From Felis catus (Eukaryota), in the NCBI RefSeq assembly GCF_018350175.1, contig NC_058368.1, positions 66,528,001-66,592,000 of the forward strand: a stretch of 64,000 nucleotides of DNA, given 5' to 3'. Positions 25,883 through 55,910 of the stretch are shown here, in pieces (positions within the stretch are counted from its first letter, which is position 1; every line of letters starts with the position of its first letter). The notes below the pieces were generated by a model. The model saw nothing but the letters and a program-made list of their open reading frames with translations, searched no databases and was not told the DNA's origin. The translations under genes were made by a program, and so were the position numbers.

Positions 25883-26849
25883 CTAGGAATGACTTTACAC
25901 CAGTTTGGACCATGGTGGGTCCAGACTGAGTAGGAAGAGGAGTGAAGCCACCTTGGGCATGATGAGACAGACCGTCATGGCTCATCCGACTGAGGTTCTA
26001 GGTGGAAGCAGGATTGGATGGTCCCCGGAGCCCATGTCAGGGGAGATGACTTCAAGGAGATGCTCCAATTAATGTTCAATCATGTCACTAAAAAAGATTT
26101 GCCTCAAACACCCCAGTTGGAACACCAGCAACAATATAAACAGTCAAATCAGACAAAAAGGAACACAAGTGGCCAATAAACACACACACAGAGATTTAAG
26201 CTGGCTAAAGATTACAGAAGTGCAATAAAACAACAGAATGTTTGCATCTTTCAAATCGGCCCAGACCAAAGGGTTTATTAATACCCACGACCGGCCACAG
26301 CACAGGCGGGTTTGGCTGTGCCTTTCCAACCTCAGAGGCCTGTGCCTTTGGACCCAGAAGTGGCATTTCTGAGCTTTGGACCTTCAGAAACATGCACACC
26401 TGTGTAGATAGGTGTGTACAGGGATGCTCGAGGCGGCGGTGATTCCAGTCGTTGTACCGGGTGCCGCTAGACATCCGCTGCCTTGACTTGGCTGTGCCTT
26501 CATGTTGCTCTGAGACTCATCAAAACTCTCACTTCTCTCCTCAGTTGCTTCCCCCCTTACTCTCAAGAAGAAATTGTAGCCATGCTGAATTCCCTCACCT
26601 TCTGTCCCCAAAGTCTCTACATCCAAAATCTTCTCACCTCATGCCTTTATTGGTCCAGGAAGATGAGGTGAACTGGCCTGGTCCCATTCCACCCCAAAGC
26701 TAGTCTTGCCCGTGGTGCCCATGTCAGATGCTGCACCCCAGGAACATCCCGCCCCTGACAATCATCAGTCTTTCCTCCTCTGCTGCCCAGGCATCGCTTT
26801 ACATTAGTACAGAAGTCCCTTCCAGGCTAAAAACAAAATAGGGCGGCTT

Positions 26850-27680
26850 CTGGAAACCCTTCTGAAGGAAAAACTAGATTGCCTCCTCTCCTCTCTGTTA
26901 TTACCACACTTGCACTTCCGGCCACCAAATGTATGGGTTTTTCCCCACACTGAGCATTTCTCCAATTCTCTGTGGACACCAGCTGGGCATCCAACAATGC
27001 AATTCCATTCTGACGCTATCCAACCAGAGTCGCCATCAGATCCCACAGGACTCCATCTTGATGAGGGCTTAGTCCCACCAGACTGGCCTGACTTCAGATA
27101 CCCTTGGCAAGTTCAGGTTGTTTCCTCTGCTTCTGATCAATTGCCTATAAATTGCAGGTTCTCATGACGCCCTTATGGGGCGTGGTAATTTGCCAGAATA
27201 GCTCTCAGAACTCAGAGAAGCACTTCACTGGCATTTACCAGCTTATCATTAAGCATACAACTCAGGAACGGCCAGATGGAAGAGATATATAGGGCAAGAT
27301 ATGGGATAAGGAGGACAGAGCTCCCACCCCCTCCACTGGTGCACCCCAGGGAGAGGCGATCACCCACGTGGAAGTTTGACAAATCTCCTGGTTCAAGAGT
27401 TTTTATTGCACTCGATCCTCAGGACCTTCTCCCCTTGCCAGGACAGTGGGCGGCGCTAAGTGACCCCATTCCCTAATTCCTTGATCTTTCTGGTGACCAG
27501 CCCTATCCTGAGGCTATCATGGGGCCCCATCTTAAGTCACCTCATTAGTATAAACTCCCTTGTGATCTGAAGGGGCTTATTATGAAAAACAAAGACACTC
27601 CTACCACTCAGAAAATTCCTAGGGTTCTAGGAGCTGTGCCAGAAGCCCTGGACAAAGACCAAATAGATTTCTAAAGCACA
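26850..27680 (-). mobile_element. MER21-like LTR
   Basis: acaaagacactcctaccactcagaaaattcctagggttctaggagc; reverse homology to 38385-39150. Confidence 0.7.
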
Positions 27681-29149
27681 CCTTCCATGACCCTGCATCT
27701 TCCAAAGGGTTGGCCATTCCTTGACTCTCAACTCCTTGAAAAACTGGGTTACATTTCAATTCTCCAATCTTGGATCCCTAATCACTATTCAATTTTTCTT
27801 ATCCAGATGCTCTTCTCCCCCACACTCCACTAAAAACGACTAGCAAATTTGCCTGCACATTGCCAGATCAGACACTTTTAACAGTCTTTGCCTTATTGAA
27901 CTTCAGCTGGCTACCTGGTTGTTATTGAACATCGACCCGTTTGGTTTCTGTGATGTTAGCTCTTCCTGTTCTCTTCCACTCTGCTGACCTTTTTTTTTTT
28001 TTTTTTTTTTTTCTAATCGTTCTTTCATCTTCTCCTTGGTTCCTCTGCCTACAGCTTATACGTTGGTGTTCTTCATGGCTTGTCTGTAAATTATGCTGCC
28101 CACCATCAACCTTGCCATTTTGTGTGCTCTCCCTTGGGAAGATTTAATCCACTCTCAGGGTTTTAATAGCCACTTAACTCCTAAATATGAACCTGTCGAT
28201 CTGGAACCCCACCCATCGATTCAAGCTTTAGATTCGTAAGTTTGCCTTAGATCTCTCTGCTTGCACATCCCACGGATCTCTACAGTTCAACATCTCCCAA
28301 ACATAATTTACCATTCTCTTAACAATTCAACATTCAAAACCTTAAAATACCACCCCCATCAAGAAAGCGCACCTCCCATGCATAATCAATCAAGTTTTTT
28401 GATCTAAAGAGTTCTCACGTCTGCTTCGACGCCACCTGTTCCAGTGCTGTGCTTTAGGCCTTATCACCACCAGCCTGATTTATTGCAACAGCTTCATGAC
28501 TCAGATCCCTGCAGGAGCTCAATCTTGCCAGAATCTCAAATCCATCTTCCATACTGTTGCCAGAATAAGCTATCAAAAACGTAATTCTGCAGTCAATAAA
28601 AATGGCAAAAGATCTCATACCATGTAAAAACATTCATGATATATTGCTTAGTGGGGGAAAAAAAGCAGACTCCAAAACAGTATGTCTCCATTATGAGCCC
28701 ATATTGGATTTTTAAAAATGTGTATATATGCTCCAAGAAATCTAAATATCAACAGGGGTTATCTCCCAGTGGCAGGTCATGGGTGATTGTCTTTTTTTAT
28801 TGATTTAGTTTTCCATGCTTTCTGCAATGAGAACATATTATTTTTGAAATCAGGAAATAGTTTAATCCCACAAATCTAACAATGTCAATTTCTTCCTTGA
28901 AATCCTGAGCTAGCTCTCTGCTGGCAGGATGTGGTCCAAGCACTTTTTTTCAGAGCACACAAAGCCTTCGGTGACCTGGCCCAGGCCCCTACACCCCTCT
29001 CTAGCTTTACTTACTCTCTCGTGTTATAGAGCAGTGGTTCTCAAACATGGGGGTGCCCCGCCAGAGTTTCTGATTCTGTAAGTCTGAGGTGGGGCCCAGG
29101 AACTGGCAGCTCTAAAGATGCTATCGGTCTGGGGGGACACATTTAAAAA

Positions 29150-29810
29150 AATTGTTATTGTGGCAAAATATACAAAGATAACATTTACCCTCTTAACTAC
29201 TTTTAAGCGTGCAATTCAATGGCACTAAGTGCATTCACAGTGTTGTGCAGCCCTGACTATCACGCACTCTCAGAACGTTTTCACCTTCCAAACAGAAACT
29301 CTGAGCCGTTAAACAAGTACACCCTCTTCTCCCCTTCCCTTAGCTCCTCGCAAACCTCTAGCCTCCTTTCGGTGTCTCTGAATTTACCCCTTTTAGTTAC
29401 CTCATATAAGCGGAATTGTATACCATTCCACATCTTACGTTTACCTCATCTTACTTAGCCACTCATATCTGCAGGTATACATTGGGGTTGTTTCCACCTT
29501 CTGGCTACGGTGGATAATGCTACGAATGTTGGTGTACAAGTATCTGTGTGAGATCCGGCGTTCAATTCTTTCAGGGCCACATACCCAGAAGTGGAATTGC
29601 TGGGTCACATGGTAATTCTATGTCTGACTTCTTGAGGACTCGCCATGCTGTTTTCCGCAGTGGCTACATCACTTCACATTCCCACCAGTGATGCACCAGG
29701 GTTCCAACTTCCTTGCCAACATTTATTATTTTTTGCCTTTTAAACTAACAGCCATCCTAATAGGTAGGAAGTGGCATCGCAGTATAGCTTTTATTTGCGT
29801 TTCCCTAACG
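29150..29810 (-). mobile_element. L1M 3' fragment inserted in a MER5A-like relic (about 29030-29140)
   Basis: atacccagaagtggaattgctgggtcacatggtaattctatg and acattcccaccagtg, typical antisense L1 ORF2 3' end. Confidence 0.85.
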
Positions 29811-32001
29811 GACTGGAGACACACGAGAATGTCTGTGCTAGGGTAACGCAGAGGACCTGACCCGTATTCCACGAACACACAGTATCATTTACAGCTTGGT
29901 GCTTTCGCTGGTCTGGCCCTTCTGCCTCAGTTTCCTCTGCTGACTGTGGGTCATCCTTTAAAACAAATCACAACTCAAATGTCATCTGCAAAAATTCTCT
30001 CAGAACATCTGGGTTGGGCTGGTTGACCTCACAAAAGGCCCCCACAGCGCGAGGAGCTATGGAAGGTGGGCCCAGGGGAGGTGGGGGAGGGCAAGGCCCT
30101 GGAGTAAAAGCAAGCAGTTTGAGTGAAAGTCTGTGTTGGGAGCAGATAAGCCCCTCCTCAGGGCAAACAGCCCAGTAGCAGCGCTGGAGGTCTCACCACT
30201 TGGATTTCCCTTCAAGATGAGGCTTGACACACAAGCTGCCAAGTCAGCTATGCTGACAGCCTATGCCTGCAGAGCCTTCGGGATCCATCTCAGTTGTCTC
30301 TGAGCAGCCTGCAGCCCATGACCGACCACAACAGGGCACCCCGCATTTCTGCCCGGTTCGAGACCTCCTCCCACACGCTGTACTTGCTCTGGAGCTCCCT
30401 GTCCAGTCGCCTGGTGTTTGGGCAGATCTGCATCACAGGCTGAGGCTGTCTCCCCACGCCTTCGTCTCCCCTTTCTTTTCACAGCTGTCCGACCTGCACT
30501 GCAGCCCGAGGGTTCCTCCTGCACATCCTCCCTTGCACACCTTTCACAAGCATCTCCCCTCACCATAAAGTGCCTGCACCCCTACCTCTGTCTCCGTCAC
30601 CCCTTCCCTGGGGATCCAACGAAGGCCGATGGTCCAACCAAGCAGGTGGGAGGTTAGGTTTGGGAACAGATCACCGCACTGTCTGCCTGGCCGGTCAAGA
30701 GAATACCACCCTGAGTGGGGCATGGGTCACAGAGCGTCCCTCGCACAAGGTGGCAACCCAAATGCTAAAACTCGCAATAATTCAGGCATTTGCGAAGTTC
30801 AGGGAACAAGTCATACGAGGACAATGGAATTGATTGGTTGTTAGTGAGTCACATGGATGCCCCACAGAGCATGATGAAAAGCTGAGGGCGGTTAACCAAC
30901 ACTGACAACTAAGCGTGAGGGTCTTAGTTCTTAAACCAGGAGAACAGAAAAGGCCTGAAACCAAACTCAAAACTTAATAGTTAAAAGAAGAGTCGAAATC
31001 TTTATGGGTATCCACCCAGATATTCCCTTCCCAAGTGTCAGGGTCCCAGGTTTTTCCAAACAGCTCGAACTCCTTCTCTAGCAGAGACAGTAGATCAAAA
31101 ACAAAATCGCAGCTTGGAGGAGACCGTGAAGGTGAGTGTCACCCTGAAGGATTTCAGGAAACCGGGCTGGGTCCCCATCAATTCTCCGTTGAATTCACCA
31201 GTCTGGGTGGATTCTGGAAAAAATGGCTGCGGACAACTGACAGCTCAGTCAAGTAGTGGCTCCCACAGCAACTGCTGGGCCCATGTGGCATCTCTTTTGC
31301 TAGACCAGAGTCTACGGTCCCTGGAACATGGCATCCAGCCATTGATCCGGTGAATATGTTTTTTCTATCTCAATCAAAAAAGAATACCAGAAACCAGGTA
31401 CATTTAGAGTTTTGCCTCGGGGCTCTGTTACTGGTTCCGCTCTCTGAAGAGACCTGGACCTTCTGACCTTCCTGTGGAATGTCACATGCATCTATTAAAC
31501 TGACGGCGTCCTGCTGATCAGGCAGAATTAGCAGGAGCAGGTAGCACACTGGTGGCGTTGCTAATTCACATGCAGCCTAGAGGGTGGAAGATAAACTCTA
31601 TGAAGATTCAGGACTTGCCATTTCAGGAAATTCTTAGAAGAGCAGTGACGAAATCAAACTGCTGCCTCTTGCACCCCCTTCCACAAGGGAAGCACAGTGC
31701 CTGGTAGCCTCTTTGGATTCTGGAGGCCACACATTCCACACTTAGGGATGATGCTTCCGCCCATAAACAGGGTGACACAAAGGCTCTCTGGAGCAGGGAA
31801 AGGGCTGTGTGCAGCAGGTCCAAGCTGGGGAACAACTCCCCGTCACTCGGGCCATGTGCTCTGGTGGGCCCTGTGGTATTGGAGATGTCGGTCATAGAAA
31901 GAGTCACAGCAGAGATGTTATGGTGAGCCCCAGTGGGGGAATCACAGTGCAAGTACCTGGGGTTCTGGGGGAGAAACTTCCCAATTACAGTGGAGAATTT
32001 T

Positions 32002-32005
32002 GATT

Positions 32006-32036
<31 letters not shown>

Positions 32037-32420
32037 GAGAGAATGAGAGCATGAGCTTGGGAGGGGCAGAGAGAGAGAGAGAGAGAGAGAGTGAGAGCAT
32101 GAGCTGGGGAGGGGCAGAGAGAGAGAGAGAGAGAGAGTGAGAGCATGAGCTGGGGAGGGGCAGAAAGAGAGAGAGTGTGAGAGCATGAGCTGGGGGGGGA
32201 GAGAGAGAGAGAGAGCATGAGCTGGGGAGGGACAGAGAGAGAGAGAGAGTGAGAGCATGAGCTGGGGAGGGACAGAGAGAGAGAGAAAGAGAATCCCAAG
32301 CAGGCTTTGCGCTATCAGCACAGAGCCTGATGCGGGGCTTGATCCCGTGAACCATGAGATCATGACCTGAGCCAATATCAAGAGTCAGACACTTAACCAA
32401 TGGAGCCACCCAGGTGCCCT
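32002..32420 (-). mobile_element. Can-SINE carrying an internal 6-copy tandem expansion
   Basis: TSD gagaatttt at 31993-32001 and 32421-32429; unit gagagcatgagct + G-run + (GA)n repeated six times. Confidence 0.93.
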
Positions 32421-32557
32421 GAGAATTTTAGGGTTTTAGAAAACAGCTCCTGGCAGTTTACTGGGCCCTGGAAGAGACAGAATGCTTGACTAGAGGACAT
32501 CAAGCGACCACATTTCAGGACTGTCCATAATGTGCCAGGTTCTATTGGACTCACTAT

Positions 32558-32952
32558 TGTGAGCTGAATTGAGCCTCCCTCCCCAAATTCATATGTTGAA
32601 GTCCCAACCTCTAATACCTCAGAATGTGACTGCATTTGGAAATAAAGGTTTCGAAGAGAGAATTAAATTAAAATGAGGTCTTGGGGGTGGGGCAGTAATC
32701 CAATGTGAGCAATGTCCCTGTAAGAAGAGTGAATTTAGACACAGACATGAGCATGCACAGAGAGATGACCACGTGAAGACAGGGAGAAGGTCGCCATTGA
32801 TAAGCCAAGGAGAGAGGCTCCAGAAGAAACCAAGCCTGCCAACAACTTGATGTCAGACATCCAGCCTCCAGAACTAGGAGAAAATAAATTTCTCTTGTTT
32901 CAGCCACCCAGTCTGTGGTATTTTGTTATGGAGGCTCTAGGAAACTGACACA
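32558..32952 (+). mobile_element. MLT1A/B-type solo LTR
   Basis: aaattcatatgttgaagtcccaacctctaatacctcagaatgtgact...ccagtctgtggtattttgttatgg...aaactgacaca. Confidence 0.88.
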
Positions 32953-33999
32953 CCCAAATAGCTATAAAGTCAGGTGGCCCCTGCAGCAGTCCACGGTAAG
33001 ATGAAAATGGCCCATCAGGACCGAGCCTGAGAGGAATCAGAGGACGCCAGTGAACTGCAAGAGCATTTAGGCTAGAGTCCCATGTCACCAGCTTGGTTAT
33101 ACCTCTCTCAGCTTACACCTGTGGCCTTGTGGAGGGTTCTGTACAACCAACTGAAAAGGGGAAGAAAAAAGAAAACCCTAAGCTTAGCTTATAGATGGGT
33201 TGGCTTGTCATGTGTATACAAACCAAAAATGGATGGATGGTGGCTGCATTAAAGCCACATAGGGGTGGCTTTAAAAGAATGTGCAAAGGAGAGATCCATC
33301 AAAGGGAAGAGCTTCGAGCAGCATACCTGGTTATTCACTCTGTAGAGAAGTGACCTGAATTGAGAAATGTATGAACTCATAGATAGTGGTGAATGGCCTG
33401 GTTAAGCCACTTCAAGGACTTGGAAGGAAAAAGACTAGAGATGCAGAGATAAGAAGACAGGTTTGGAGGCGTGTGAATGGCCACATGGGGTGGTTGGGGA
33501 GTATGAAGATCTGTTTATCCCATGTTAATGCCCACCAGAAAGCAACCACCATGGAAGAGTCACTGAACCATTTGGTAGACAAGATGAGGTGGTCAGTTAA
33601 CTTTGGCTAGGCTTCACCATCAACTACCCCAGAACTGCCACAGTGGGCGTCTGAATGCAGTCACCATAGTTGTAGAGACGGAACCTACTCGTGGGGCCCC
33701 CAGCACAGATTCTCACTTACCAAGGCCAATCTAGCCACTGCCACTTCTGCACATCCATCCTGCTGGCAACAGACAAAGGCTGAGTCCCAATATGGCACGA
33801 TCCCTTGAAGAAACCCATCAGGTACTTGGTGGCAAGTTGACTCCATTGGAGCCCTTTTCATCCTGAAAGGGCCAGTGGTTTATTCTCACAAGAGATAACG
33901 TTTTGCATATGGATTTGCCCTTTCTGCCTGCAGAGCCCGAGCCAGCACCATTATCCTGCCCAGTCTTGCTTCCTCTTTTATCGTTACAGGCGTTACTTT

Positions 34000-34500
34000 G
34001 TCTCAGCATGTTTCCTGCACGCTCCTTTCAGATTCGCTTCCTACACTTGGTAATGTGCATGTAAGCTTTCTCCATGTCCTTTCTATGGCTGGACAGCTCA
34101 TGCAGTTTGGATGCACCAGTTTATTTATCCGTTCACCTATTGGACATCTTGGTTGTTTCCAAGTCTCGACAACTATGAATAACGTTACTAGAAACATCTG
34201 TGTGCAGGTTTTTGTGTGGACATAGTTTCAATTCCTTGGCGTAAATACCAAGGAGCGTGAATGCTGGATCATGTGGTAAAGGTATGTTTACTTTTGTAAG
34301 AAAACTGCCAAACTGTCTTCCAACGTGGCTGTACCATTTTGCATTCCCAACAGCAGGTGTAGGAGAGTTCCTGTTGTTCTGCACCCTTGTCGGTATTTGT
34401 TGCTGTCAGTGTTCCAGATTTGGTCATTCTAATAGGTATCTAGTTTTTGTTTTAATCTGCGCTTCTCTGATGACATATGATGTAGAACGTTCATTTTTTT
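34000..34500 (-). mobile_element. L1M 3' fragment
   Basis: gctggatcatgtggtaa...aaactgccaaactgtcttccaa...gtaccattttgcattccc. Confidence 0.85.
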
Positions 34501-34971
34501 TTTAACACTTTTGCATAAATTTGTTTCCACTGGTTTTTCATTATATGTTCTTAATGCCTGTCCAGTCATCTCCTGAGACTAAATAAATGATAAAGTTAAG
34601 CCAAATTGAGTATATTAAAGTTGGGAATAAAGGCACACAAAAATATGTACAAAACTAAATGCCGCAGAAAACAGTGTTTCTGTCATCTACCCTCAATGAC
34701 CAGACTCTACCAAAAGACCATCTGCTCTCAGTTGGCCCCATTTTCTGCCTGTAACTTCCCAGCCTCCCCAACTTCTCACTGCCACACCTCCGTGCCTGGT
34801 CCCCTCTCCATTTCCTCTAGCTACAGCCAACCCCCAGGAGGAATTTTCTTCCCTAAACAATCGGGACCAGGGGGCCTCACTCTTTGCTCATTCTTAGCCC
34901 TCTGCCCCTCGGCCCCTCCCGACTCCTACTATGCCTACCTCTGGATCAATCCACTTTGCACATCTCAGAAT

Positions 34972-35178
34972 TATTTTTTTTTTAATGTTTATTTATTTTG
35001 AGAAAGAGAGAGACCACAAGCAGGGGAGGGACAAAGAGAGAGGGAGAGAGAGAATCCCAAGCAGGTTCCACACTCAGCACAGAGCCCAACTCGGGGCTTG
35101 AACTCACAAACCGTGAGATCACGATCTGACCAAAATCAAGAGTCTGATGCTTAACTGACTGAGCCACCCAGGTGCCCC
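34972..35178 (-). mobile_element. Can-SINE with TSD cacatctcagaat
   Basis: TSD at 34959-34971 and 35179-35191. Confidence 0.93.
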
Positions 35179-35510
35179 CACATCTCAGAATCCTGAAATG
35201 ACCGTATTCAATGTCAGTTTGTGTTTCACTCCTGCTTGGCAAATCCTCTTCCAACTTTGGAGCTGCTTATTCTTTTCCCGATCTCCACCTCTTCGAGGCC
35301 CTTACTCCACCCTTACCCCTCTTACTTTTAACCACCTGTGAGTGAATGACCTAGCTTTCCACTTCATGGAGGAAAGAAGTCATCACACATGCACAGAAGC
35401 CAGAAAGCTGGGCACAACCTTGAACTCCTCACCCTTTCTCAACGCAATATCCAGTCAGCTGCTTTTTCAAGCCATCTTAAAGTCTTTAGGAGAGAGAGGA
35501 ATTAAAAGTA

Positions 35511-35516
35511 TTTAAT
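35511..35516 (-). promoter_or_regulatory. Candidate TGDS polyadenylation signal ATTAAA (alternative at 35828-35833)
   Basis: TTTAAT on the + strand at the distal end of an AT-rich block about 750 nt past the stop, followed on the - strand by a pyrimidine-rich tract. Confidence 0.45.
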
Positions 35517-36265
35517 CAAGATATTTAAGAATTTTTTCTACAGCAAAATAAAAACATAGCTTAGTAAAAATAAAGCCACATTCTACATTAAATATGTTAC
35601 AATAGTGATACTTTTATAAATAAAATCATTATAAATGGCAAATACATGATAAAAATCTCTCATATGAGATTACTCATATATAGTCCAACAACTGATTTTG
35701 AAAATGTAAAAACTACATCCTTCTTTTAAAAAACATTTAACTTAATTTTACAAAATTATCTAAAGTTAAAAAGTGCTAGATATGCTTCCATTGTTCCACT
35801 TTTAAAGCAATTATAGCATATCAGACCTTTAATAAAAAAGATGAATGAGGACAGACAGCTCATCCTATGTTGCCTAAAAATGGAAACTTGAGAGACTTTG
35901 TAGGCAGTGGGGAAGGTCGGGCAACTGAGTTCAGGGCCCGCGAAGGCTGTCGTCAGCGCAGAACTGGGCTCGGTCCTTGTTCTCAGAACCATGAGATTCC
36001 ATTTTCCTGGCCCCTTCCTACGAAAGGTCTTTCTAGGCCTTCTGGTGCCTAACTTTCAGGAGAAAGGTTTTTGGAAAGAATCTTGAAATTTAAATCCTAT
36101 GCCAGCACCACACCTATTCTAAAGATTGAGGTGTTTTGCATTCGAATTTTATGCAAAAAGTCATGAATCTAATTCCAAAAGAAAAGAGGACACCTTTTGG
36201 TCACTTGGTTTCCCATGGCTTGTGGAGGTAGGATAATTTTCTTCTTTCTCTGAAAACTGTCTTGA

Positions 36266-51836
<15,571 letters not shown>

Positions 51837-54079
51837 CTCCCAGCTCAGCAGTGCCTAGCAGCGTAAAGCGCCAGATCTGTACACCGTAGGTAAGTTCCAC
51901 CGTGACTCTTCGCGACACGTCTCGCTGCCGCGACACGTCAGTGGGGTGGGCAGCAGCAGCTTCCGGAGCTGGGCCGACTTATCCCCGCCCACTGCGGGCT
52001 GGGCGGGGCCCGCGGGGGTGCGGGCGGCGCAGCGCTACTGCGCAGGCGCAGCTCCTCTCCGTTCAAACCCACCGGGTTAAGCGCAATTGGGGTGGCTGGG
52101 AAGATGAGGTCTGGTACGGTTCGTGACAAGTGACACCAGTATGGATCGGGTTTTTACTTAGATACGCAGATGTCGGAGTTATGAATGATTACCTTCTTTT
52201 CATTCTTGTACTGCAACGATCTCCACCAACTGTTTACCACCAGTTGAGCTGAGAACAGGCGTTCTCTTCTTGCAAAGTGTGGAAATAGGAGGTTAGAATT
52301 GCAAAATGCCTTTTACTTTGTTAATATTTTTACCGACAACGCAGGCTGCTGACCGTAGTGGTAAAGATATTTCCTAGATTCTGCCCTTACACTCCCTCTT
52401 TATCCCTATGCTCCAGCCTGCCTGCCCTTCTCGCTCTTCCTTGAATTTGTCAGGTCTGCTACTTCTCCTGGGCCTCTCCCCAGATGTCTGCCTAGTTTTT
52501 ACCGATACTTCGTCAGTTCTCCGCCTGAATGTCACCCTTCTAGAGAGTCCTTCTTTGACCACCCCGATTAAGATAGCAAGCCCTACCCCAGCCCTGCAGA
52601 ACCACTTTATCCTTCTTTCATTTTCTACATTGTGGTCATTGATGTCAATTAACTGCTCATTGATACTGCTCCATGAGGTCAGGGGCTCCGTTTTGTTTTT
52701 TGCCGTAATGCCCAGGCCATGGGACAAGGCCTGGGACAGAATAAATGATCAGTTAATGTTGTTGAATAGATGAATAGATAATGTTGGTTGTTGTTTTTTT
52801 TCTTTTTTCATGTAATGTGTTGGCAAAGTCTAAAAAGAATGAGAATACGCAGTATATGTGGAAATGCCATTTGTTACAACTTTTTTCAGGGGCAAAGTGG
52901 TAACATATATGAAAAGTTCAAATGTACATACCCTATGATCCCCAAATTCCATGATGTGTAATATAGATCATTGCAAATAAACACAAATATGTTCATTGCT
53001 ATATTGCTTATATGTAGTAGTGAAAAACTGGATACAATCTAATATTAGATCCAGTCTCACCTTTTAAATACCATGGGCTGAAATAAACACTTTCAAAAGA
53101 ATGTACGCACATGGAATGAGGACCAAAATATATTGTAGTGGATACTTATGGTTTTATCTGACCAGACTCTCCTACCCTTTATAATCACCCTAAATTGACC
53201 ACTCCCCCACCTCAGGAAGGTCACAGGAGCATCGAACTCACACTAGGCCAACTGAAGCATCTTCCTGGGATTTGGAATTGGACTAAGGTTCTAGTATAAT
53301 CTGGTTGCTCTTCTTGAACTCTTGAGGACCTACAAATCTGGGACTAGTTGGTGGCCATTTTCATTCAAATGAAGTGAGGAATCAAAAAAAAAAATCTGTC
53401 TTCAGTGAAAGAAAAACAGAGTTGATCACAAAGAGAAGAGACAGAAAGGGCCTCACAGCATTCATGGCCTATGTTCTGATTTTTTTTCCAGGACCAATTT
53501 TATTCCTGTCCTTGGTGTGCAAATACCATGTACATTTGTAACTACATGTCTAAAAAGATCTACCCTAAACTATTAACAGGGGTTACCTTGTTACCATATC
53601 AGGCAGGGCAAGGAAAAAATGAGGACTTCCATTTTTACTTCATACACTTTTGGCTGTGAAATTGTTTTTCTAAGTTACATGAATTACTTTTATAATAAAA
53701 AAGTGCAATTTTTAAAAATCTCATATTAATACCTTTAGTTTATTCCTGGTTGACCAGCAATATAGAAAATGTTGGGTATACTATAGAAAGCATTTCATCA
53801 AGTTTTTTTTTTTTTTCTAAATAGTGAGGTCTGTTGTGAGAAGTTGCTTATATGTAATGAAAGCATGTTGTGAAATAAAATAATTTATATACATTTATTC
53901 ATGAAATTTTTGAGCTTCTGCTCTCATCAAGACAGATACAGTCTCTGACCAGATGAAGCTTCTTATATAATGGAGGATTAGAGACATCTAGAGACATTTA
54001 CAACGCAGTGTAGGAAAGTAAGGGATTCTGGTTCCCAGGGTATCTAACACAGCCTTAGAGGTTTAGGAAATTTAAAAAA

Positions 54080-54293
54080 AATTTTTTTTTAACATTTATT
54101 CATTTTTGAGAGTGAGAGAGACAGAGCATGAGTTGGGGAGGGGCAGAGAGAAAGGGAGACACAGAATCCAAAACAGGCTCCAGGCTGGGAGCTGTCATCA
54201 CAGAGCCCTACGTGGGGCTCCAACTCCTGGACCGGGAGATCATGACCTGAGCCGAAGTTGGGCACTTAACCGACTGAGCCACCCAGGCGCCCC
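54080..54293 (-). mobile_element. Feline SINEC between TGDS and GPR180
   Basis: cttaaccgactgagccacccaggcgcccc; followed by (GTTT)n. Confidence 0.92.
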
Positions 54294-54949
54294 AAGAAAA
54301 GTTTTGTTTGTTTGTTTGTTTGTTTGTTTAAGCCAATTGGGAAAGAAGAGTTAAAGTAGAAAATGGAAGGTGATGGAGAGGTTGAGTGGTAGACTAAGAG
54401 AAGCCTTCCAGCCATAGGGATCTGCAAGTGCTCCAGGCTCAGAGAGGACAACTTGGAGTGTTCTGGAAACTGACAGTGGCTCCGTAAGGATGGAGACAAA
54501 AAGTTGAGAGATGGAAATTTGAGAGCCTTGAAAGCTATATTCTAGAGTCTGACTTGTGTACTACAGGCGATCAAAGGCGTTTGAAGGAAAGTGATGCAGT
54601 CAGATTGCGTTTCCCACAGCTTTCTGTGACTCCAGGGTAGAGATGGGCTGTGTGTAACCAACTGGAGAAAATTAAGGCTGGTGCCAGATCACTTGCCACA
54701 GGCCAAGTAAGATGATGTATCCGCGATGGCCTGGATAGAAATGGCAGCGCTGCCTACCATCGCCGCCCAGAAGAGGCGCTAAATTGGCATGTGTTTCATT
54801 GAGATGATTGGATGTAGGGGTGTAAGCTATACTTCCCAGGTGTCTGATGACATAACTCAAGAAGATAGGGAACCTAGGAGGTTAAAATCGGTTAGAGGTG
54901 CCAAGAGAATTCATGCGTTAAACTTGGACGAGTACAGTTACGTGTCTTT

Positions 54950-55910
<961 letters not shown>

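Larger units (their letters stand above)
30230..33960 (+). mobile_element. Decayed ERVL-class provirus (LTR16-like LTR about 30230-30630 plus internal pol remnants), interrupted by a SINE and an MLT1
   Basis: RT-like VTLKDFRKPGWVPINSPLNSPVW (ORF 31114), RNase H-like SHVNAHQKA (ORF 33386), integrase-like TWWQVDSIG near 33823-33850. Confidence 0.75.

Noticed and set aside
32040..32290. Repeat-spacer pattern superficially like a CRISPR array
   Set aside because: Spacers are (GA)n rather than unique, the array lies inside a SINE, the genome is mammalian and no cas genes are present
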